Source of the DNA: the human T2T-CHM13v2.0 reference genome, Homo sapiens
DNA length: 64,000 nt
Assembly: GCF_009914755.1 (NCBI RefSeq)
Contig: NC_060944.1
Strand: one strand, 5' to 3'
Shown here: positions 55,111 through 64,000 of the stretch, piece after piece
Position numbering within the stretch: position 1 is the stretch's first letter
Layout of the letters: the number at the start of each line of letters is the position of its first letter
Translations under genes and position numbers: made by a program
The notes under the pieces: generated by a model
Database searches by the model: none
The model's input: only the letters and a program-made list of their open reading frames with translations
What the model was told of the DNA's origin: nothing

Positions 55111-55664
55111 CAGTCACCCTGAAGGAGGCTTGGGGAAAGACGAAGTGAGTCCAACCCATGTGGATCTTCTGGGGCTTCCCCAAGCCCTGATGTTTAGGTT
55201 TCTGCTCTGACAAAGGTCAGGAGGAGGTTATGGAGATGCTGGGGGCTGGGCCAAGAACAGGGAGCAGAGGCGGGGAAGCTGGAGACCAGGCAGATTCTTT
55301 GGAACTTCCTGGAATAAGACCTCCAAGTTCATGGCATGTCCACGGCTCAGGGCCAGGGTGCTTGCTTTTCTGAACCCACGTTTCCCATTTGAGGCTGAAC
55401 AGGTGGTGGAATTCTAGGTGCTTAGAGTTAGAAAATGATGATGATGACGATGACCACTTATCCCTGGATAAGGGCCTGGCCTGGATCAGGTTTCCCACAA
55501 ATACTGGTTCTAATTCTTGCCACACTGTTTGCTGTGGAGGTCAGGGAGGTCAATGAAGTTTCACCCAGGATCCTACAGCTGCTCAGAAGTAGAGTTGGGA
55601 TTGGATCCAGGGGTATCTGATCCGAGCTTCAGCCAGGTGTGAAAGGGGTCCTCAGTGGGACGGG

Positions 55665-56140
55665 CTGTTGCAGGTGGGACCCCAAAGCAGGCTCTGAGAC
55701 AGGATTTGTGTGAAAGTGGCTTATTAGGGAGTGACCCCAGGAAACACCAGAGCCAAGCGGGATGCTGGGTAGCGAAGGGAAGGAGGCCAAGTACAGGAAA
55801 CACCAGAGCCAGGCGGGATGCTAGATAGGGAAGGGAAGGAGGCCAAGTACAGGAATGCCAGCAAGGTGAGTCCTCAGGCAGGGCAGAGGCGGAAGAGAGC
55901 TGGAGTCTCTATTGCCCCTGCCCTGGCAGTCGTTGGGTAGTGGCTGTACCCCCAAGGGAATGAGAGGAGGCATCAGTTTTCGGGCACTTCCAGCTCCCTC
56001 TATGTCCAGGCAAAAGGACTTCTGGCAGCTGGGGCAGCCCACGACAGAGACACAGGTGCAGGCTGCTGGGGATAAGTGCATATCAGGAGCTGCTGTGCTG
56101 GAGATCAGAAAGGGATTCCTAGGATCTACAGGTGCACAGA
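55665..56140 (-). mobile_element. ERVL LTR16-like
   Basis: AAGCAGGCTCTGAGACAGGATTTGTGTG..TTATTAGGGAGTGA. Confidence 0.6.
55738..55855. repeat. 56-bp tandem duplication (4 mismatches) inside an LTR
   Basis: Units at 55738..55793 and 55794..55849. Confidence 0.9.
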
Positions 56141-57132
56141 GGAGCTGAGCAACCATCCCAGGACCTGGCCAGTTTCTGTGGTCACCTCGCTGTCTGCAAA
56201 ATGCTTCCGTACTGTTCCGCCTCCACACTTTTGCACATGCTGTGCTCACTCATTCAACAAATAGTCCTCAAGACCCTACTATGCACCCACTATGAGCTAG
56301 GCTCAGGAGCAGGGCGGTGAACAGAACAGCCTGGCTTGGTCTTTCCCCTTATGGAGCTTAGAGGCTGGCTGGGAGACAGACACCAGGTCATCACTGCAAA
56401 GAGATGTGAGCTCTGAAAGGAAAGAGGGAGGTTCTCTGAGAACAGAAAAACTTGATGTAAACTGAGGGCATCAAGGAGAGCTTCCCTGAGGAAGTGACGT
56501 CTCAGCTGAGATCTAGTGGGGGAAGAGACACAACACAGACAGTGGGAACAGCCAGCCACCCAGAGCTTCCCTGATGAGGGTCTCTCAGCCCCAGGAGCTC
56601 CTGGGGGAGGCCAGTCCTGTTCAGGAGACTTGGACAAGCTGAATCCCTTCACCGAGCCTCAGTTTCCTCATCTATGCAAGCACGCAGAAGCAGCTTGGGC
56701 TTCCAGCTCTGACCTTGGCTCAAAATATCCACTGAGAAGTGGGCACAGCAGCTGTTGGACTCTCAGTGACCTCTGGCCCTGTGACCCCAGAGCCTTCCTC
56801 CCTGTGCCCTCTGTGGTCAGACTGTGACCTCTGGGGCTTATCAGCCTGGCCCCTAGGGTACCCCACGTATGATGCCTGAGTTGCAAAACAACTGCCCAGT
56901 TCCCCAGAAGGCTGCTTGAGAAATGTCAGCCCTCAGGGGAAGCTGACGTGGCGTCAGTGCTTTCAGAGCTATTGCAGAAATGGCTCCATTTCTGGAGAAA
57001 GCCCAGCCTGCGTGATAGCAAGACTGGCTGCTAGACTCAGAGCTGGCAGCGGCTTGGTGTGCATCCCTGGGCAGCCTGTAACCTCACAGTATCACAGCTT
57101 ATCCTTTGGGGGCCTGCAAACCTTCCATGCGT

Positions 57133-57610
57133 GTTCATTCATTCAACAAATATTTACTGAGTACCTGCTATGTGCCAGGCAATGTTCTAAACACTAGGGG
57201 AGACAGCAGTAAACAAAAAACAAGCAAAAGAACAAAACCCAAAAATTAAAGGCCTGCCCTTGTGGAGCTTACATTCTGCTGAGGGAGTCCAACAACAGAC
57301 AAATAAACAAACATGTGTATACATAATATTGGCCGGTGATAAGTACTTTGCAGGAAAATACAGAGGGACAGAACTGCTAAATAAGACAGTGAGGTCAAGG
57401 AAGTCCTCTTTCAAGAGGTAACGTTTGAGTAAAGACCTAAAGGAAGTGAGAGAGGAAACTATGTGGATATCTGGGGAATGAGTACACCAAGGGTATACAA
57501 AGCCAAGGGAAGAGTAAGTGCAAAGATCCTGGGGCAGGAATGCACTTGATGTGTAAGGAATGGCAAGAAGGCCGGTGTGGCTGGAGTCCAGTGATGGAGA
57601 TGGAGGATGC
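57133..57610 (-). mobile_element. L2a 3' end
   Basis: TTCATTCATTCAACAAATATTTACTGAGTACCTGCTATGTGCCAGGC. Confidence 0.85.
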
Positions 57611-57659
57611 ATTGGACACTGGGGTTACAAACCTGAGTGCATTTTGTCAATGTGTTTGC

Positions 57660-57750
57660 ATATGTGCGTGTGTGTGTGAGAGAGAGAGAGGAAGAGAGAC
57701 GGACAGAGAGACAGAGACAGAGAGAAAGGAGACACAGAGAGACCTGGAGA
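57660..57750. repeat. (TG)n(AG)n compound microsatellite / GA-rich tract
   Basis: Direct reading. Confidence 0.85.
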
Positions 57751-58264
57751 CACATAGCTTCCTTTCTTTCTTCCACCACCCCCTCCCCATCTTGGCATCA
57801 TCATGATTAAGAGAGGGGAAAACACAGATGATTAAATGATTTAAATGTGCAAGTAAAATAACACCTCAGTGAGCACATTATGCAAATCTATTTAATTAAC
57901 ATCCTAAATGAGGTGAAGCCACCAAGGCGGATGAGCTAATTTCCCTGGGGGCTCCAGCTCCATTCTTGCCCTCCCTGAATGCCAGAAACTTCTCTGGGTG
58001 GAAGGAAAGGGGGTGGGCAGGGGCTCACAAGAGGGCCTGCTGCATGCTGGCACTTGGCACACAGGGGAGGCTTTACCCTAATTTACTCTCAATTAGCAGC
58101 AACAGTTACTGCCCTGTTTCATAGAGGAGAAAACTGAGGCTTGGAGAGGGCGCAGAGATTAGAACCCAGACCTCCTTAGAGCTCTTTGCTAAAAAAATTT
58201 TCAACTTGTCTCTTGGAGAGGTTTGAGCCTTTAGAAAGGACTGCCGCTTCCTTACATCTTTAAG

Positions 58265-58460
58265 GCAGGAATTATCTGCAAACCTTTTCTGTAAAGGGAC
58301 AGATAATAGGCTTTGTGGGCCAGAACCAACTGTGTCTTTGTAGTTCAAAAGCAGCCACAGATAATCTATCAATGAATAGGCATGGCTGTGTTGCAGTAAA
58401 ACTTTATTTACAAAAACAGGTCCCGAGGCCAATCTACAGGCTGCAGTTTGCTGATTGCTC
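58265..58460. mobile_element. MER58A (hAT-Charlie)
   Basis: GCAAACCTTTTCTGTAAAGGGACAGATA ... AAACTTTATTTACAAAAACAGG. Confidence 0.8.
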
Positions 58461-58679
58461 TAAGGGATCTGACTGAATCAGAGCTTCCCCTGTGCAAAGC
58501 AGTTAACCACGGAAGGCCGTGGGACTCTAGGCAAGTCCCTCATCCCTCTGATCCTGTTTCTTCACCTGGACAATGAAGGAATGTTCTGGGTGAGGTCCAG
58601 TGATGAGAGGGGGGTGAAGCCGCCCATAGGAAGACAGAAGCTGCCCTGAACTTTGGGTGGGGCAGACCCTGGCAAGACA

Positions 58680-59206
58680 CTGTTTGGCTACTATCACTGC
58701 ATCACAACTTCGTGGTGTAAAACTCGCAGGGTCCTGTGGGTCAGGATAGCAGGCATAGCATAAGGAGAGACAGTTTGTCCTGATACGTGATGTCAGCTGG
58801 GAACACTTGAAGGGTGACTCAATGGCTGGAGGGTGGAATCATCTGGAAGCATCTGCACTTGCAGGTCTGAGGATTGACACTGGCTGTCAGCTGGGAGTTC
58901 AGCTGGGCTGTTGCCAGAGCACCTCTACGTGGCCCCTCTGAGGGGTCTCTCTGCATAGACTGTTTGGGCTTCCCCACAGCATGGTGGCTGGGCTCCAAGA
59001 GAGTTAGGTGGAAATGCATTTTTATGACCTAGCTATGGAAGCCACATGTTGTCACTTCCATCACACTCTATTGTCAAGACAGTCACAAAGGGGAAGGAAC
59101 ATAGACCCCCACTGCTCAATAGAAGGAGAGTCAAGGTCACAGCGTAAGAAAACCATATGGGATGGGTGATGTTGTGGCCAACTATGGCCAATACAATCTA
59201 CCCCAT
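58680..59206 (-). mobile_element. MLT1G/H-like MaLR LTR
   Basis: GGAATCATCTGGAAG, ACAGCATGGTGGCTGGG, TTTTATGACCTAGC blocks. Confidence 0.75.
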
Positions 59207-59454
59207 GCTCATGGTGAGAGGCCCCCATGTGGAGTCTGGGCCTAGAACCTTGCTTCACTGATTCAAGGCAGCATCAGCCCTGTTACTGGGAGCCCAAGCT
59301 GTTCAGACCCCTCCCTCCAGACCCATCCAAGCCTTTTCTGGTCAAAACCAGCCCATGCTTAATCCTGGGTCTCCTTCCAAAGTAACCGTGAGCCATTGCT
59401 GCAGTAGGACTGTATTCTCAGTCAGAGTTAAGCCTTTTTTCTTACAAACAATGA

Positions 59455-59791
<337 letters not shown>

Positions 59792-60249
59792 TCAGCCCTG
59801 GTGACCCCAGCATTTACAGTAGAGTTGGCCAAGCAGATGGAGAAATGTTGAGACAAAACTAGCTGGGAAATGCCTCCCAAGCCACAGGATGTGATTATGT
59901 GTGGTGGGCTGGAGGGTGGAGCTGGGGTCCTGGCATGGACCCCCAGAGCAGAGGCCTTCACAGAGCAGCTGGGTGGAATGGGGTCCCCGCCAGAGGCTGG
60001 GGTGCACCAGGGTCACGCGGCTGCCGCAGATGATTGCAGAGTGGAAGGAATCACTGAGGTCAGAGTTGCCGAGGCTCTGCGGGGAGATCTGAAAGCCTGA
60101 GCAGCCCCCAATCAAATTAACAATGGCTCCCTGACCTGGCTCATTCCTGAATTCCACCTCCTCCACCATCTGATCCTCTCCCCAGCAATGAGAGTGAGTT
60201 GGAGGAGGAGCCCTGGACTCCAGACAGGGAGGGACTCGCTGGGGTCTCA

Positions 60250-60700
<451 letters not shown>

Positions 60701-61116
60701 TCATGCCACCTCCCACTCATGGCACTCACATGCCAGTGCTTCACCTCACAGAACCCCCCAACAGTGCTAGAGGGTAGGACTCCTCTGTCACCCCCATTTC
60801 CAGAGGAGGATATGTGACTTAGAGAATGAATGGTGGAGCTGGGACAAGACCCCAAGCCTGGCACTTGCACTCAGGGGCACGTTTTGTGGGTGGGAAGCGG
60901 CCCTCCCTGAAAGTGCTGGCATGCTAGCATACCCCCAGCCCTGTTCAAGTGCTTGGAAGCTTCCTGACCCAGGCCACTGGCAACCAGAACTCCCAGGGCC
61001 CCTGGCTGAATCCGGCTATGTTGTCAGGAGTTCCTGGCAAGTGTGGAAGCAGGTGGGCCCCACAGACTTCCCAACCCCAGCTATCCTAGCAGCTGCAGCC
61101 AGGATAATTGTCCCCA

Positions 61117-61406
61117 TTTTTTTTGGGGGGGGGGGGGGTGGGGAAACAGAGTCTCCCTCTGTTTGCCCAGGCTGGAATGCAGTGGTGTGATCTTGGCTCA
61201 CTGCAACCTCCACCTGTGCATCAACCTCCAGGGTAGCTGGGATTACAGGCGTGCGCCACCACGCCTGGCTACTTTTTTGTATTTTTAGTAGAGGCGAGGT
61301 TTCACCATGTTGGCCAGGCTGGTCTCGAACTCCTGGCCTCAAGTGATTCACCCGCCTTGGCCTCCCAAAGTGCTGAGATTACAGGCATGAGCCACTGTGC
61401 CTGGTC
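61117..61406 (-). mobile_element. AluS with a G/C run in its tail
   Basis: TSD AATTGTCCCCATTTT. Confidence 0.9.
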
Positions 61407-61771
61407 AATTGTCCCCATTTTAACAGATAGGCAAATCGAAGCCCAGAGAGGAAACCAGGCCACCCTTTCCAGAGGGGTTGAGGCGAGGAGCAGAAGCTGC
61501 AGTTAGACCCTAGCTCCTTCCCCAGGGTGAGCTGGATGCGTGGGAACCATGGAGGAGCAGGCACGAGTGAGCGGCTTCCTCCCTGCAGATCTCAGCAGAT
61601 CAGACAGTCGCCATGACTCATCCCCACATCCCATCGGCCCTGAGGCTGCCCTGGCCTGGGACTTCCTAGCTCCAGTCTTGTTGCTCAGGGGTGTGGAGGA
61701 CACCAGATCTACCCTTACCCTCCACCCATGCCTGGGGAGACATTGTTCTTAATGAAACACACCAGATGGGT

Positions 61772-61892
61772 GGGGTGACCATGTCATTTATTGGCCAAAC
61801 CAGAACAATTTGGAGAGCTATTAATAATGATGTGGTGATTGTTAGCATTAACCAGGACTGGCCAAGACAAGTAGGGATGTCTGGTCTCTCTA
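61772..61892. mobile_element. MER81-like (hAT-Blackjack) fragment
   Basis: GGGTGACCAT..., degenerate ...TGGTCTCTCTA end. Confidence 0.5.
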
Positions 61893-64000
61893 TTGACAAC
61901 TGCAATAGTCATTGCCTAACTCCAAGTACTAGACGCACCAATGTCAGTCACTCAGGCATCAGCCACAGGTTAGGGCCAAAGTGTTCCGGGGCAGGTATAT
62001 TTTTGAGAATTCCTCAAGTCAGGGGGCACTCCTAGGGGAATTCAAGTCTACGTGTAGGACATACTTTGAAATGAGACTGCTGAGTTTGCATCTTGGTCCT
62101 ACCATGTAAGGGCTGTATGAGCTCAGACCCGTTACCTATTCCCTCTGACCCTGAGTTTCCTGATCTATAGAACCAATTGACCCCCGTAGAACTGTTGCGG
62201 GAACAAAAAGAGATAACTCAGGGTAAACGACCCACAATGCTGGCACAGCATATATGCTCAGTAAATAAGAGGTCGTTATTACTTTGTATTAATGTGATTA
62301 TTAACTATGCTGAAAAAGGCAGACCTCACACTTTCAGATATGGCCTTGCCCTGGGGTTACTCACAGTGTTGCGGGGAATGAAGTCCAGGCTAAGGGACTG
62401 AGTGCTGGGCATGAAGGACACACCGAGGGTTGTGGGGTTCGGAGATGTAGGAGAGGCTTGGGTAGGGGCATCAGGGTGGGCTTCCTGGAGGTGGCCCCTG
62501 GGCAGGGTCATAATCATGTCAAGATTAAGGTCCTAAGAAACACCTGTTTCTAAAGAGCTTATCGTGCTCCCTTTTCTCAGTATAACTACATAAGAGCTCA
62601 CTGAAGTTCAGCTTTTTATCTTCATGACTTCAATGGTCTCTTTGGGATGTCAAATATCAAGTTCTTTCCCCCAAAAAGTTCATTGAGCTCACATTAAATC
62701 TGCTTATTGCTCCACCCAGGCCAGGAACAGAAGCCCTAGAGCTTGCTCAAGCATGAATGGAGGATGGAAGTGGAGGCTTAGGGGCAGGGGGGTGACCAGG
62801 GGAACCCTAGCGAGCAGGGCAGCCTGACCTGGGGGTGGAGGGAAGGGTCTGAGCCCGAGCCAGGGCCGTTGCTGCCTCTGGGCCTCTTGAGTCTGGCTCT
62901 GAGCCTGTCAGCTTTGGTTTTTCCTCAGTGGGGACCACCTTTCTGTTTTCTACGGACATAGCTGGACACAGTGGTCCTCCGCACATGCTCCCTCCAGAAC
63001 CCATCTAGCATCTCTGATTCCCAAAGCCAAATCCTGGGAAAAAAGAATCTTATTGGTTACCTTGAGTCACGTGTCTATCGCCTCAACCAGTCAGCCTACA
63101 ACCAGTGGCCGGTGGCACGGTAGAAGCAGAACTGATGGGTGGAGGTTGTTGGACATTTACTATGGATAGGTAATACTTTGACATGTAGAAAAGGGAGAAG
63201 CCTTTTCCAGGAGGAGGGTACAGCATGGGCAAAGGCTTTGGCGGCAGAGAATCGGGTGCTTAGTGTGGCGAACACCGAGTGGCTAAGTTCCTATTAGCCT
63301 TCCTGTGGCTGCTAGAAGGGCAGCTCCCTTAGCCACAACCCTGCCCCTGTGCCTGGAGCCACAGACACGGCCCAGAGAGGGCAGTCCGGTGAATCAGCAG
63401 CAGAACCCAAGCTCAAACTCCTACCTCCTTTTTCCCAGTCCATGCTTGAGTGTCTAAGGCATAGGAGGGAGTGGGGGGAGAGGAACAGGGAGAATGAAAT
63501 CAAGAAATAACAGGCTTCACAGGAGCGGTAATGACATTTTAACTTAAAAATTGCAAGGAGATGGGGGCTGCGGAGGTGTATGCAAATTTCATGTAGATGA
63601 GATGCAAATGAGCCTGCCTGCTCCTGCCTGGCGCACCTGGATGTGGCTCAGTGACAAATCCTAATGGGCTCTGCGTGGCTGTGTGATTGATTAGCAAGGC
63701 CGGCTGGGATGACAACTGCACTCCTCTCCTGGGAGCTGGGGGAGAGGTGAGACTCTGTTTCTAGGCAGACCTGAACCCCCTCTGATAGGGGACCCTGAGG
63801 GGTGGCTCTACTAGTTCAAGGATAGCAAATTTAGGGCACATCTACTACTTATATCCCTGCCAGCACCCATGGCAGACATCATTAATCAAACATAGAATTC
63901 TTTCTTACTGAGCCAACCAGGTGCTGTAGGCAGCCCCTACTAATCGAAAAGATTTGGCATTCATCCTTTCATTCATTCATCTGACAAACTTTGTTAAGTT

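Noticed and set aside
61117-61143. Long G run in an Alu tail
   Set aside because: Probably simple homopolymer slippage; no functional evidence.

Overview
Human (primate) genomic DNA containing the 5' two-thirds of TGM2 (tissue transglutaminase 2) on the minus strand. Coding exons 1-8 (codons 1-366 plus 1 nt) are present with canonical GT-AG junctions and the complete Cys277/His335/Asp358 catalytic triad. The CpG-island, TATA and GC-box promoter lies at about 24.2-24.6 kb. The remaining ~39 kb is upstream intergenic DNA rich in Alu, L1, L2, MIR, LTR and hAT relics, with no other recognisable protein-coding gene. Most ORFs in the supplied track are artefacts of GC-rich or repeat DNA. I found no evidence of a wholly new gene system. 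The most unusual signals are: (i) four short, highly similar paired duplications 0.9-1.9 kb apart, two with fold-back palindromes at their junctions, consistent with templated-insertion scars (one pair brackets exon 4, another duplicates a PBX-MEIS decamer); (ii) a ~0.7 kb polyadenylated, TSD-flanked retrocopy of an unidentified transcript inside an old L1; (iii) a 19-bp promoter minisatellite carrying three TEAD motifs beside an NF-kB site; (iv) three competing splice donors at exon 5; (v) a 1.1 kb (CATC)n array grown from an L2 tail. Repeat-family names and boundaries come from visual recognition and are approximate.
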